NCBI GenBank assembly: GCA_963692865.2
Contig: OY843592.1
Location: 224,001-288,000 of the forward strand
Origin: a bacterium
Lineage (GTDB): Bacteria; UBA8248
Length of the DNA: 64,000 nt
Direction: 5' to 3'
A program made the translations under genes and the position numbers. Positions within the stretch are counted from its first letter, which is position 1. Each line of letters begins with the position of its first letter. The notes below the pieces were generated by a model. The model was not told where the DNA came from. It saw only the letters and a program-made list of their open reading frames with translations, and searched no databases. Of the stretch, positions 48,632-59,386 are shown one piece after another.

Positions 48632-50314
48632 ATGGCCATCGCATCGGACGTAGAGATCGCACAGGGGGCGAAGCTCCGGCCCATCGTCGAAGTCGCCGAA
48701 GAACTGGGACTCGGGGCGGAGGAGATAGAACTCTACGGCGCGCACAAGGCCAAGGTCGAACTCGGCGCGCTCGCGCGGCGCGAGGGGGCGCCGGACGGAA
48801 AACTCATCCTCGTCACCGCCATGACGCCCACCCCGCTGGGCGAGGGCAAGACGCTCACCACGGTGGGCCTCGGCCAGGCGCTCGCGCGGCTGGGCAAAAA
48901 GAGCGTCATCTGCGTACGCGAACCCTCGCTCGGCCCCGTGTTCGGCATCAAGGGGGGCGCGGCGGGCGGCGGCATGTCGCAGGTGCTGCCGATGGAGGAC
49001 ATCAACCTGCACTTCACGGGCGACATCCACGCGGTCACCTCCGCCCACAACCTGCTGTCCGCCCTCCTCGACGCGCACGTGTTCCACGGCAACGAACTCG
49101 GGCTGGACGTGAACCGCGTCACCTGGAAGCGGGTGCTGGACATGAACGACCGCGCGCTGCGCCACGTCCTCGTGGGTCTGGGCGGCAGGACGCACGGCGT
49201 GCCCAGGGAAGAGGGCTTCATGATCACGGCGGCGTCCGAGATCATGGCCGTCTTGTGCCTGGCGAGCGGCCCGGGGGACATGAAGGAGCGCATCGGGCGC
49301 ATCGTGGTCGGCTACACGCGGAAGGGCGCGCCCGTCACGGCGGGGGATCTGAACGCCTCGGGCGCGATGGCCCTGCTCCTCAAAGACGCCGTCAAGCCCA
49401 ATCTCGTGCAGACGCTGGAGGGCTCTCCCGCCTTCGTCCACGGCGGGCCGTTCGGCAACATCGCCCACGGGACGAACTCCACCATCGCGGACAGGCTCGC
49501 GCTCAAGCTCGCCGACGTGATGGTCGTGGAGGCGGGCTTCGGCTCCGACCTGGGGGCGGAGAAATTCTTCGACATCACCGCGCGGACGGCGGGGCTGAAC
49601 GTGGACGCGGTGGTGCTCGTCGCCACCGTCCGCGCGCTCAAGCTCCACGGCGGCGTCCCCTTCGACAAGGAGGCCCTGGCGGAGGAGAACGCGGACGCCG
49701 TAACGGAAGGCTTCTCGAACCTGCGCACCCACGTCGAGAACATGAAAGGCTTCGGCGCGCCCGTCGTCGTGGCCGTGAACCGCTTCGCCTCGGACACGGA
49801 CGCGGAGGTCGCGCGCGTGAAAGAGCTTTGCGTCGAGGCGGGAGCGCCCTGCTGCGCGCACGAGCTTCACGGCAAGGGCGGCGAGGGCGGCCTCGAACTC
49901 GCCGAGACGGCGTACGGGCTCGCCGCCGCGAACGACGCGCCCTACGCGCCGCTCTATCCCCTCGACATACCGCTCAAGGAAAAAATCGAGACCATCGCGA
50001 AGCGCATCTACCGCGCGGACGGCGTCGCCTTCGAGCCGGCCGCCGCGCGCAGCCTGCGCTCCTTGACGCGGCTGGGCTACGGGGAGTTGCCCGTCTGCAT
50101 GGCGAAGACGCAGGCCTCCTTGTCGGACGACCCCAGGAAGCTGGGCGGGCCGCGCGGCTTCACGGTGAACGTGCGCGAGGTCTACGTCTCGGCGGGGGCG
50201 GGGTTCGTGGTCGCCATCGCGGGGAGCATCATGCAGATGCCCGGCCTCGCCAAGACGCCCGCCGCCGCGGGGATGGACGTCACCGCCGACGGCAGGATCA
50301 CGGGGCTGTTTTAG
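48632..50314 (+). CDS. fhs: Formate--tetrahydrofolate ligase
   Basis: TPTPLGEGKT, IKGGAAGGG, HGGPFGNIAHG, EAGFGSDLG, CMAKTQ. Confidence 0.97.
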   Translation: MAIASDVEIAQGAKLRPIVEVAEELGLGAEEIELYGAHKAKVELGALARREGAPDGKLILVTAMTPTPLGEGKTLTTVGLGQALARLGKKSVICVREPSLGPVFGIKGGAAGGGMSQVLPMEDINLHFTGDIHAVTSAHNLLSALLDAHVFHGNELGLDVNRVTWKRVLDMNDRALRHVLVGLGGRTHGVPREEGFMITAASEIMAVLCLASGPGDMKERIGRIVVGYTRKGAPVTAGDLNASGAMALLLKDAVKPNLVQTLEGSPAFVHGGPFGNIAHGTNSTIADRLALKLADVMVVEAGFGSDLGAEKFFDITARTAGLNVDAVVLVATVRALKLHGGVPFDKEALAEENADAVTEGFSNLRTHVENMKGFGAPVVVAVNRFASDTDAEVARVKELCVEAGAPCCAHELHGKGGEGGLELAETAYGLAAANDAPYAPLYPLDIPLKEKIETIAKRIYRADGVAFEPAAARSLRSLTRLGYGELPVCMAKTQASLSDDPRKLGGPRGFTVNVREVYVSAGAGFVVAIAGSIMQMPGLAKTPAAAGMDVTADGRITGLF

Positions 50315-50639
50315 GGGGAGTGGGTATTCATTAGGCGTACGGGATATCGAGATTGAATGCTTGGGCGCGCATTAGTTTGTGGGGTTTTTTTGGGGTAGCG
50401 TGGGGAAATCTTGCTTCTAGCGTAATGTGAATAAAATCAATGATCACCGGACAAGTAGCTATATCTGTGTACATAGTCCGAGTCCCATAACAATAACCAT
50501 ACATACACCGATGCCCACCCTTAGATTATTGGCAATTCTTTAGCCCTAGCTACGCTCAAGAAATATACTATGAAAGGAGAGTCACTGCGTGTAAAATAAG
50601 TAGCATCTAAACTGAATATAGATGAAACGGGACCAATAC

Positions 50640-51158
50640 ATGCTGAATTTGAATGATTTGGGCAACGGTCTCCTCCCTGCTATTTCACCAAAATTTGGCA
50701 TGGCATTGGCAGAGGCTGGAGGTGTATGTTTAGAGTCTGAGGGACACGTTGCAGGTGTCCAACTTAATGTCAGGGGTATTGTCAAAAGTTTCTACAATTT
50801 AGATTGGCCGCCTATTAACGAACAGTCCCTTAGGGCTTGGAATGACCCTGAAGTAGCTACCGAGCATGGAGCAATGGGTATCGCAGTTTTACTGGCGAAA
50901 AAGGCGATGGGCTATGTGGCGCTCGCACGCTCCCGAAAAGGTACAGGCTTTGATTACTGGATGGGAGATGAATCAACTGAACCCTTCCAATTCAAAGCAA
51001 GGTTGGAAATCCCGGGTATTCGTAAAGGGAATGACAGTGACATCAAGAGAAGAGTCCGTCAGAAGCTAAATCAAACGGTCCGCGCCGGGGGCTCTTTGCC
51101 AGCATATGCAATTGTGGTCGAGTTTAGTAAACCTCTCGCCGAGGTTCAGAAAAAATGA
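50640..51158 (+). CDS. Low-GC hypothetical protein, possible PD-(D/E)XK-like nuclease
   Basis: ATEHGA...SRKGTGFDYW...ARLEIPGI; ATGA overlap with the next gene. Confidence 0.6.
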   Translation: MLNLNDLGNGLLPAISPKFGMALAEAGGVCLESEGHVAGVQLNVRGIVKSFYNLDWPPINEQSLRAWNDPEVATEHGAMGIAVLLAKKAMGYVALARSRKGTGFDYWMGDESTEPFQFKARLEIPGIRKGNDSDIKRRVRQKLNQTVRAGGSLPAYAIVVEFSKPLAEVQKK

Positions 51159-52348
51159 ACGCTCTTAACGATTTTCATAATAAAGCGATGGAATTCGCGG
51201 AACTTGCTCTTTCGGAACAAGCGATAGGCAAGGGAAAAGAGTCGATTAGCCTTTTCGAAAAAGCATTGGAACATGAACTTGCTGCTATCGCAGAACTCGA
51301 TAAAAGCAATTAAATAATCGAGCCGACTTACTCAGTACTACATCGAAGCGCCGGAACTCTGGCGATGGACTGCAACCAAACTCGCAAAGCCGAACAGATT
51401 GTGGCAAAAGCTCTCGCACAAAATCCACCTGAAGAAATCGCCGAAGAACTGCGTGACATTCTGGAACAAATACATTTCAAAAGGCACCTTGAATTGCGCG
51501 GCATTGAACTGGGAGAAGATGAAATACAGTTGAGCCTATCCGGTCAAGATGTAGGCTTTGGGGTCGTAACATCTGAAGAGTTTCTGAGCCGCGTGACCGA
51601 TTCATCGAAATTGATCCAGCGCATCGTCGAACGAATAAACAAGAGACCATTTAGAGAAAGTGGCCCCCCCGAGAAAAAACTTACCGAATCCTATAAATTG
51701 TTTTTATCTACACCTCGGGCTGCAAGTTTTTCGGTGACGATGAAGCTGGGGCGCCCGACGGGTCAACCATCTCTTCCAGGAATACCTCATTCCAAAATGT
51801 CAGAGACGAATGAAATTATTGATGAATTCATGGACTTGGTGGAGCTTGCAAACAAATCGAGGGTTTCAGAAATTCAGGAACGGATCCCCGACCCCGCGTA
51901 TCGGAGGAACTTTCTTTCGCTTGCGAAAAAAATTGCGCCAGATGGAGAGCGTATTCGTCAGGTAGGTTTTACAACTATCAGAAGTGGGGTTGAGCGTTTT
52001 GTAGAGATTACCAAACCTGCATCGGAACTCCCAATACCAACTGAAATTGATGCGGTCATCGTCCCAAGCAGACGAATCGCAACTGAAACCACTACAATAC
52101 AAGGCAGGTTGCTTTATGCAGACTCTACCAAAAGCAATAATGATAAAATTAAAGTGATCGATCAAGAAGGGAAAGAACACAATATAAAAGTGCCGGAAGG
52201 TATGATGAACGATATTGTTCGCCCTATGTGGAATTTGCCTATCCGAATTAAAGGAGTCCGTAAAAACGTCGGTAGAGGTTCATTTATCGAACTTCAAGAT
52301 ATTCAGCCGATTGAAACTGAACCAGATGAGGGCATAATATCCACTTAG
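51155..52348 (+). pseudogene. Hypothetical protein with helical TPR-like N-terminus, interrupted by in-frame TAA 51311-51313
   Basis: MNALNDFHNKAMEFAELA...ELDKSN*IIEPTYSVLHRSAGTLAMDCNQ... is in frame with ORF 51365-52348. Confidence 0.65.
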
Positions 52349-52376
52349 TGTTCATACCGTTGGTAATAACAATATT

Positions 52377-52613
52377 TCACTTGACCGACTCCCCCACTAA
52401 ACCCCTTCTGGTAAGGTATCCCCTTTTCGCCTGTTCGATCTCCCATACGAGAGCTTCGTCCATCGTGGTCGCGCCCCCCACCTGCTTGATGTAGCCGTCA
52501 TCCCCGGACTTGCGTTTGAGCTCGCGCTCACGTTTTTCGAGGTCGTCCGTGATGCCGGAATACAAAGTCTTTCTGCCCATCTTGAAGTGATACGGGTAGG
52601 TCTTTCGCGCCAT
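52377..52613 (-). CDS. Minimal GIY-YIG-like protein
   Basis: TYPY...LYSGITDDLEKRERE...EALVWE. Confidence 0.55.
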   Translation of the reverse strand: MARKTYPYHFKMGRKTLYSGITDDLEKRERELKRKSGDDGYIKQVGGATTMDEALVWEIEQAKRGYLTRRGLVGESVK

Positions 52614-52691
52614 CTTTCAGGCTTCCATGATTATCTCGTGGAGTAGCGCCTCATCATATCGGTAAACCCCGTATCCGGCAACGGCCTGGAA

Positions 52692-53105
52692 CTACCCCTC
52701 CCCGCTCAGTTCATCCAGCTTGCTTTCGAGCCGTTCGACCACCTCGGCGGCGTCGTCTGCCGCGTTGTAGTCCTGCGCCAGGTCGCCGTCGCCGCAGGGG
52801 CTTTTCACGACGAAGAACACGGACTTCCCCCCGATGGTGCGGCCGCCGTGGCGCGTGTTCCGGGGGATGTGGACGAGGTCGCCCGGCTCGACGATGCGCT
52901 CCTCATCGCCCACGATCACGTAGCGCCTGCCCTCCAAAACGAGGTAGAACTGCTCCTCGTTGGGGTGGTAGTGCGGCGTCGCGCCCTCGCCCTCGAGGTA
53001 TGTCACGATGCCCACCTTCATCAGTTCGCCGGGCACCGTCCTGGCGGTCGCGGGCGATATCGAGGCGCGGACCTCTTCCATCTCGGAAATCTTGTAAAAC
53101 GGCAT
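52692..53105 (-). CDS. Cupin-domain protein
   Basis: PHYHPNEEQ...GDLVHIPRNTRH. Confidence 0.9.
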   Translation of the reverse strand: MPFYKISEMEEVRASISPATARTVPGELMKVGIVTYLEGEGATPHYHPNEEQFYLVLEGRRYVIVGDEERIVEPGDLVHIPRNTRHGGRTIGGKSVFFVVKSPCGDGDLAQDYNAADDAAEVVERLESKLDELSGEG

Positions 53106-53194
53106 TTTCTCACCCCTCCTATAAATTTTGCGTGTATTTACTCTATCAAACGACCGCCGTTCGTTCGAGAAAAATCACGATCGCAGCGGCCCCG

Positions 53195-53599
53195 TTACAT
53201 GAATTCGCGCAGTTTTTCCTCCAGGCGGCGGACGATGGCCTCCGCGTCCTCCGCGTCGTGATGATCCTGATCGAGCCTGCCGTCGCCCGAGGGACTCTTG
53301 GCGGTGAACATGCGCACGTCGTCGATGATGACGCCGCCGTGCTTCGTGTTCCTGGGGACGTGCACGAGGTCGCCCGTGACGACCAGGCCCTCCTCATCGC
53401 CCACGATCATCCACTGCCTGCCCTCCAGCATGAAGAGGAACTGCTCCTCGTTCGGGTGGTAGTGGGGCCGCGACATCTTGCCCCTGGGATAGGCGACGAA
53501 GCCCACCTTCATCAACTCCCCCGCCAGTCCCTTGAAGCGGCCCATGGGCTGGGCGGCGACGCGCGATTCGACCATCTCGGACGCTCTGTAAAACGGCAT
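53195..53599 (-). CDS. Cupin-domain protein, tandem paralog
   Basis: PHYHPNEEQ...GDLVHVPRNTKH; MPFY start as in the neighbour. Confidence 0.9.
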   Translation of the reverse strand: MPFYRASEMVESRVAAQPMGRFKGLAGELMKVGFVAYPRGKMSRPHYHPNEEQFLFMLEGRQWMIVGDEEGLVVTGDLVHVPRNTKHGGVIIDDVRMFTAKSPSGDGRLDQDHHDAEDAEAIVRRLEEKLREFM

Positions 53600-54134
53600 T
53601 TTAATACGTCTCCTCCTGTCTGTTGCTCCCCATGTTTCGTAGAGAGCGCGCGCAGCAACCCTTCCCGGTTGGAGCAACCGGGCGTTCGGGAACCCCCTCA
53701 TCGGCGACGCCGGATTCGCCCATTCTATAGAATCCGCCCGCTTTTCGCACGGCGAAGCCTGAGCGCTTCCGGGTTATTGAAAAACCCTGCCTCGCTCGGT
53801 CGATTCCTCCCTCATCGGGGCTGTTGAAAAAGCCCCGTCAAGAGCAGCGAACGCCCCCTCCCTGGCCGCGTTCGACCCCCGCAAACCGCCAACGCCTCTT
53901 TCCTCACCCTGAGTAGCCGCCGAAGGCGGCGTATCGAAGGGCGAGGGGAGTTGAACGCCTCGCGCCGGGCGAGAGGGCATCCTTCGCTACGCGGCTTCGC
54001 CGCTACTCAGGATGAGGCGAGGAGGATTTTTTAACTACCCCGCTTGCGGGCGATACGGGGGATACGGAAGATATGGTAATATCCCTTCGAGGACCCGGCC
54101 GCCTTACGCAAAGTTTCTCAGGGGAATTTCACGA

Positions 54135-54740
54135 ATGCGCCGTTATGCTTCCCCCGGGTTCAAACTCATGATCGGCGTCTCACTCGTTATGCTTCTTACA
54201 GGCTGCGCGGTGCAGACGTTCCCCACCATGGGCGTGTTGCGCGACGGGCTGGCCTCCCTGGCGGGCGCTCCCGTCGAGAGCCTCGTCGAGAAGATAGGGT
54301 ATCCCGAGAGCGACGTCACGGTCGGCGGACGGAAAGTCTACACCTGGGACCACCGAAGAGCCTTCACCTACCTGGAGCCGGAGACCATCTGCCGCGAAAG
54401 AGTCGTGGAGCATTCCGTCGCGAACCGGCCCCGCGCCCCGGTGCGCCGCAAGGTGGTGACGGAGTGCGAAACGCGCCAGGTGGAAAGAACGGTGCTCCAC
54501 CACTGCGCGATCAAGGTCGAAGCCGACGAAGCGGAGACGATCATCGGATTCACCTTCGACGGCAACGCGGACGGGTGCGAGCGCTTCGCCGCGGCCTTTC
54601 GGAACCTCCCCTACGAGGCGTGCATCAAGAGTCTCTCCGGCCTCAAGTTCGCGGTGAACATCGGCTCGGAGCCGCAGGAGAAGCTGTCCGCCGCCATCGC
54701 CCGGTGCGAGAGAATGCACCGCCAGGTCCCGAACCGCTAG
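54135..54740 (+). CDS. Hypothetical lipoprotein
   Basis: Lipobox LLTGC; IGYP...VYTW pattern; several Cys. Confidence 0.65.
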   Translation: MRRYASPGFKLMIGVSLVMLLTGCAVQTFPTMGVLRDGLASLAGAPVESLVEKIGYPESDVTVGGRKVYTWDHRRAFTYLEPETICRERVVEHSVANRPRAPVRRKVVTECETRQVERTVLHHCAIKVEADEAETIIGFTFDGNADGCERFAAAFRNLPYEACIKSLSGLKFAVNIGSEPQEKLSAAIARCERMHRQVPNR

Positions 54741-54782
54741 GGAGAGGAGTTGTTGCAAAACCTCCCCATCGAGGGTGTTCAC

Positions 54783-54920
54783 CGTCATTCCGGCGAAAGC
54801 CGGAATCCATTTTTACGCCTTTTGCCTTTCGTCCGGGTTCGCGCGCATCGGCGGGGAATGAAATGCCGTCGTTCAATCACCCGCACCCGCAAATGGATTC
54901 CGGCTTTCGCCGGAATGACG
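54783..54920. repeat. CGTCATTCCGGC-x4-GCCGGAATCC inverted-pair element
   Basis: Near-copy of 41176-41313 including the spacer; related arms at ~48475-48500 and 63851-63990. Confidence 0.85.
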
Positions 54921-55078
54921 GCAGTGATCGATTCCAGCCGTTGAGGGAGGTCGAACCCGATTGAGGAATGAGGGTTCGACCGGGCGAGCAGGGGTTTTTC
55001 AACGGCTCCCGACAAGGGGGGTAAAAGCGACGCTCTCCTCAACGAGGGGGGTCAACAACTCCGGAAACTCCGGGAATC

Positions 55079-56473
55079 TCACGCCGTCCGTCCCGCCGTC
55101 TGTTCCCGAACGCACGCACCGCCCAGAAGCCGCATCAGGGAATCGATCTCGGGCTGCGTTTCAAGCGATTCGAGACGCGCGAGCACTTCCTCGTACTCTT
55201 CCTCCGCCAGGGCGGTCTTCGCGCAATCGCGGAACTTGGAGCGTATCTTCGCGTCCTCCATCGGCCAGAGCGCGCAGCCGCGCGAAACGTCCGTTCTCTT
55301 TTTGAGGGCGCGCCCGTCGTTCAGGTATACGCGCACCTCGCTCGGGCGGCGCTCTCCGGGCCGCCAGCCCATGTCGTCCGCCGAGACGTGGACTTTCCGC
55401 ATCCACTCCCGGAGCAGGGGTTCGCGCACCGCCTCGTCCGTGAAGGTTTCGAGGCGCAAATCGCGATCGAGCAGCATGCGCGCGAGGCAGTACTCGACCG
55501 AGAACTTCCCTTCCAGCCCCGTCTTGGGCGCGTGGTAGCGAAGCACCTGCATGGAGATTTCGAGCAGGGAAACCTCGATGCGCGCCACGTCCGCCGCCGT
55601 CAGGCCCGATTCCTCCACCAGATCGTAGAGCGCGTCCACCGCCGGGTGAGTCGAGAGGCAGCACGGGTAGGGCTTCATGTTCATGCCCGGATCGGCGAGC
55701 GAATAGGGTTTTCCCAGGCTTTGGGCGATCTCATCGGCATCCGGCGAGCCACCGCCCGCGTATACGTCCAGAAAACCGCGCGGAGCCTCGAGAATCGCCG
55801 TGTTCGCCGTGAGGCCCGCCGCCGCCAGTTCCGCCGCGCGAAGGCCGGCCTCGGGCGCCAAGCCTGCGTGCAAGGGCTTCGTCATCGTGCCGAAGTTCGC
55901 GTGAACGCCCGAGGCGTGAGATGCCGCGACGCCGAGCGCGTGGCGCGTCATCTCGGCGTCGAACCCGCGCAGGTGGGCGGCGGCCGCCGCCGCGCCCATC
56001 GTCCCGAGCGTGCAGGTGGAATGCCAGCCCGCGCCGTAGTGTTCGGGATTCATCCCCTGGCCCAGCTTGGTCGAAATCTCGTATCCGATGACGAAGGCCT
56101 CCAGCGCCTCGCGGCCAGACGCGCCCTGCTTCTCCCCCTGGGCCAGGACGGCGGGCAGGACGACCACGCTCGGATGACCGCTCAACAGGTAGCTCGAATC
56201 GTCGAAGTCGAGCGCGTGGCCCATCGCCCCGTTGGCGAGAGCGGCCAAAGGCGCTGCGGCGCGGGCGCCTGAGCCGATGATGCTCGCCTCGGGCGCGCCG
56301 CCCATTTTGCGGGCGAACTCCGTCACGATGCGCCCGACGGGCTCATCCACGCCCGCCAAGGTCACGCCCACGGTGTCGACCACTGCCTTTTTCGCGCGCT
56401 CGATGACGAGCGCCGGAAAATCCGCCCACTTCGTCTCGACGATGAATTCCGCCATCCGTTCGGTAACGCTCAT
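55079..56473 (-). CDS. MmgE/PrpD-family protein
   Basis: HALDFDD...GHPS, GWHST, KPLHAG, KPYPCC..TH. Confidence 0.92.
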   Translation of the reverse strand: MSVTERMAEFIVETKWADFPALVIERAKKAVVDTVGVTLAGVDEPVGRIVTEFARKMGGAPEASIIGSGARAAAPLAALANGAMGHALDFDDSSYLLSGHPSVVVLPAVLAQGEKQGASGREALEAFVIGYEISTKLGQGMNPEHYGAGWHSTCTLGTMGAAAAAAHLRGFDAEMTRHALGVAASHASGVHANFGTMTKPLHAGLAPEAGLRAAELAAAGLTANTAILEAPRGFLDVYAGGGSPDADEIAQSLGKPYSLADPGMNMKPYPCCLSTHPAVDALYDLVEESGLTAADVARIEVSLLEISMQVLRYHAPKTGLEGKFSVEYCLARMLLDRDLRLETFTDEAVREPLLREWMRKVHVSADDMGWRPGERRPSEVRVYLNDGRALKKRTDVSRGCALWPMEDAKIRSKFRDCAKTALAEEEYEEVLARLESLETQPEIDSLMRLLGGACVREQTAGRTA

Positions 56474-56549
56474 GTAGGCCTCCTGATCCAAAAGCCCGGT
56501 CCGGCTCGACTCTCGAGAATCTCTCCCGCCGCGATGGTCTGCGTCCTCA

Positions 56550-57644
56550 TCACGAAGACACGCCTTTGATCGCGCTGATCGAGGCGGGATCGACGGAAAC
56601 GTAAACGCTCGCGCCGGATTCGAGTATCGGCAACCGGTGTCCATGCACGCGGATTTGCCCGCCCCCGGCGTTCAGCCAGAGCTCCAGCACGCCGCCCATG
56701 TACACGGCCTTCTCTACTGTGCATTTGATGGCGTTCGGTGTCCCCTCGGGAGGCGCCTCCAGGCTGGCGACGCAATCCTCGGGCCGGATCGAGAGCAGCA
56801 CCTTCGATCCCTCGGCGACGCCGGCGGTCCTGCAGAACAGCGTCATCTCGCCGACCTTCACCGCCGTCCGCGCGTCGCCCATGCCGACGGCGACGACCTC
56901 GCCCTCCAGGAAGTTCGAGACGCCGACGAAACCGGCGACGAACTGGTTGGCGGGGTTCTGGTAGACGTCGCTCGGCGAGCCCATCTGCTCGATGCGCCCC
57001 TCGTTCATCACCACGATGATGTCGCTCATCACCATGGCCTCGACCTGATCGTGGGTGACGAATATGGTGGTGATGCCGGATTGGGTCTGGAGATCCTTGA
57101 GCTCCAGGCGCATCTCCTCGCGCAGCGCCGCATCGAGGTTCGAGAGGGGTTCGTCGAGAAGGAGCACGTCGGGCTCGTACACCAGCGCGCGGGCGAAGGC
57201 GACGCGCTGCTGCTGGCCGCCAGAGAGCTGCGAGGGATAGCGCTCCCCCAGGCCGTCGAGCCGCACGAGCCCCAGGGCGCGCTCCACGGCCCCTGCGATT
57301 TCGTTTTTCGGCGTCTTGCGCATCTGCAGGCCGAAGGCGACGTTGTCGCGCACCCGCAAGTGCGGCCAGAGGCCGTAGGATTGAAACACCATGCCGAGGT
57401 TTCGCTTGTGCGCCGGCACCAGCACGCTTTCCGAGGCGCTCGAGATGAGCCTCTCGCCGACGTGGACGTCGCCGTCGTCGGGGGTCTCGAAACCGGCGAT
57501 GATGTTCAGGGTGGTCGTCTTGCCGCAGCCGCTCGGCCCCAGCAGGGTGAGCAGTTTGCCCTTGGGCACCTCGAAGGAAATCCCGGCGACGGCGACCACC
57601 TCGCCGAACCTCTTGACCAGATTCTCCACCCGTACGTTTTGCAT
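56550..57644 (-). CDS. ABC transporter ATP-binding protein (FbpC/PotA-like)
   Basis: GPSGCGKTT, LSGGQQQR, LLLDEP, C-terminal TOBE-like region. Confidence 0.95.
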   Translation of the reverse strand: MQNVRVENLVKRFGEVVAVAGISFEVPKGKLLTLLGPSGCGKTTTLNIIAGFETPDDGDVHVGERLISSASESVLVPAHKRNLGMVFQSYGLWPHLRVRDNVAFGLQMRKTPKNEIAGAVERALGLVRLDGLGERYPSQLSGGQQQRVAFARALVYEPDVLLLDEPLSNLDAALREEMRLELKDLQTQSGITTIFVTHDQVEAMVMSDIIVVMNEGRIEQMGSPSDVYQNPANQFVAGFVGVSNFLEGEVVAVGMGDARTAVKVGEMTLFCRTAGVAEGSKVLLSIRPEDCVASLEAPPEGTPNAIKCTVEKAVYMGGVLELWLNAGGGQIRVHGHRLPILESGASVYVSVDPASISAIKGVSS

Positions 57645-59368
57645 CAGGTGAGTCCCTCCACGTCCGTTTGCTTCGTGAGCCAGCGCACCAGCGCCACCGA
57701 GCCCAAGGATAAGATAACAATGATGAGCGAGAGAATGCACACGTGCGAGAAGAGTCCCTCGTCATAGAGCTGGATGAGGATCGTGCTGATCACCTCCTTG
57801 TTGGAGCTGAACAGCATGATCGAGGCGGAGAGTTCGCGCATCATCGATACGAAAAGGATGATCCAGCCGGCCACGATGCCCGGCATGGCCAGGGGCACGA
57901 GGATCTTCCAGAACACGACGCCCCAGTTCGCGCCGCTCACGGCGGCGGCGCGCTCCAACTCCTCGTGGATTTGCGTGATGGAATTCGAGACCGCGCGCAC
58001 GCCGAAGGGCAGAAAGCGCGTGATGTAGGCGATCAGGATGATCCACAGCGTGTGGTACAGGTTGAACGGCTCGCGGATGTAGGCCCAGAGCATCGCGATG
58101 GCGATGACCGCCCCCGGAATGGCCACCGGGATGAGCGCCAGGAAATCGAGCGTTCCCCGGCCCTTCCATGTGCTGCGCACCACGAAATAGGCGACCACGG
58201 CGGAGAGCGCGATGCCGATGGTCGCGCCCATGAAACTCAGCAAAAGGCTGTTCTGGATGGACCGCAGGATGACCTCTCCCCCGTCTCCGGTGATGATCTC
58301 CACCAGATGGCCCAGGGTGAGATACTCAAATGTCGGCGGGCGCCCCCGGTTGGAGATGAACGTGCCGTAGATCAGCGTCAGCACAGGCAGGATCGCCGAA
58401 ACCAGAAGGTAGAAGGAGGCGAAGGCCAGCGAGACGTATTTCCACGGGCCCAGCTCCACGAGCCTGGGCCGGAAGCTCTTGCCCGCGACGGTGGTGTACC
58501 TGGCGCTTCGCCCCAGCGCCCTGGTCTGTCCCCAGAGCGCCAGCCCGCAGACCAGCAGGATGGGGATGGACAGGGCGGCGGCGTGCGAGAAGTTCGGCGG
58601 GATGCCGATCATCATGCGCCAGAGCTGGGTGGAGAACACGTAGATGCCGCCCGAGACGCCGATGGTCGCCGGTATGGCGAAAACCTCCAGCGACTGGATG
58701 AACGTGAGCAGCGCGCCCGACAGGATGGCCGGCGCCGCCATGGGCAGCGTGATCCGTATCGTCGTTTTCCACTGGCTCGCGCCGCTCACGTGGGCGGCGT
58801 ACTCCAGCGTCGGGTCCATGTTCTTGAACGCCGTGACCGTGAAGATGAACACGTAGGGCGCAAGCGAGAGCGCCATCACGAAGATGAGACCGCCCATGGT
58901 GAAGATGTCGAACAGCGGTTCCCTGGTGCCGACCAGCCACTTCCAGAACAGGTTCACGAAGCCGACGCGCGGGGTGCCGAGATAGGCCCACGCCACCGCC
59001 ACCACCACGGGCGGCATGATGAAGGGCAGAATCGCGATCATGTTGATGTAGTTTTTGAGCGGCGTGTCGGTGCGCCCGACGATCCAGGCGAGCGGAACGC
59101 CGATGAGGACGGACAGGCTCGTCACCCCGACCGACATGACGGCGGTGTTCCACAACACCTCGCCCATGTACTCTTCTTCGAAGATGGCGTAGTAGGCGTC
59201 GAGGGTGAAGTCCGTGCTTATCGGGTCGGGACGGAAACTGCCCAGCACCAGCCAGAACAGCGGGTACAGCACGACGAAGCCGATGACGAGAAGACATCCC
59301 CATTCGAGTACCCGAACGGTGCTCGGAAGCCTGAACGTGGCGAACGAACGGGGACGCATCTCAGTCAT
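57644..59368 (-). CDS. ABC transporter permease (FbpB-like, two TM modules)
   Basis: Two EAA-like loops (LEYAAHVSGA, LERAAAVSGA). Confidence 0.93.
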   Translation of the reverse strand: MTEMRPRSFATFRLPSTVRVLEWGCLLVIGFVVLYPLFWLVLGSFRPDPISTDFTLDAYYAIFEEEYMGEVLWNTAVMSVGVTSLSVLIGVPLAWIVGRTDTPLKNYINMIAILPFIMPPVVVAVAWAYLGTPRVGFVNLFWKWLVGTREPLFDIFTMGGLIFVMALSLAPYVFIFTVTAFKNMDPTLEYAAHVSGASQWKTTIRITLPMAAPAILSGALLTFIQSLEVFAIPATIGVSGGIYVFSTQLWRMMIGIPPNFSHAAALSIPILLVCGLALWGQTRALGRSARYTTVAGKSFRPRLVELGPWKYVSLAFASFYLLVSAILPVLTLIYGTFISNRGRPPTFEYLTLGHLVEIITGDGGEVILRSIQNSLLLSFMGATIGIALSAVVAYFVVRSTWKGRGTLDFLALIPVAIPGAVIAIAMLWAYIREPFNLYHTLWIILIAYITRFLPFGVRAVSNSITQIHEELERAAAVSGANWGVVFWKILVPLAMPGIVAGWIILFVSMMRELSASIMLFSSNKEVISTILIQLYDEGLFSHVCILSLIIVILSLGSVALVRWLTKQTDVEGLT

Positions 59369-59386
59369 CGACCGGGCGCAAGCCGG

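Noticed and set aside
51311-51313. Recoded stop (Sec/Pyl) in the low-GC gene, and the TAA/TAG stops in the cytochrome
   Set aside because: These are TAA, or a TAG accompanied by frameshifts, and not at catalytic positions. Ordinary nonsense lesions are more likely.
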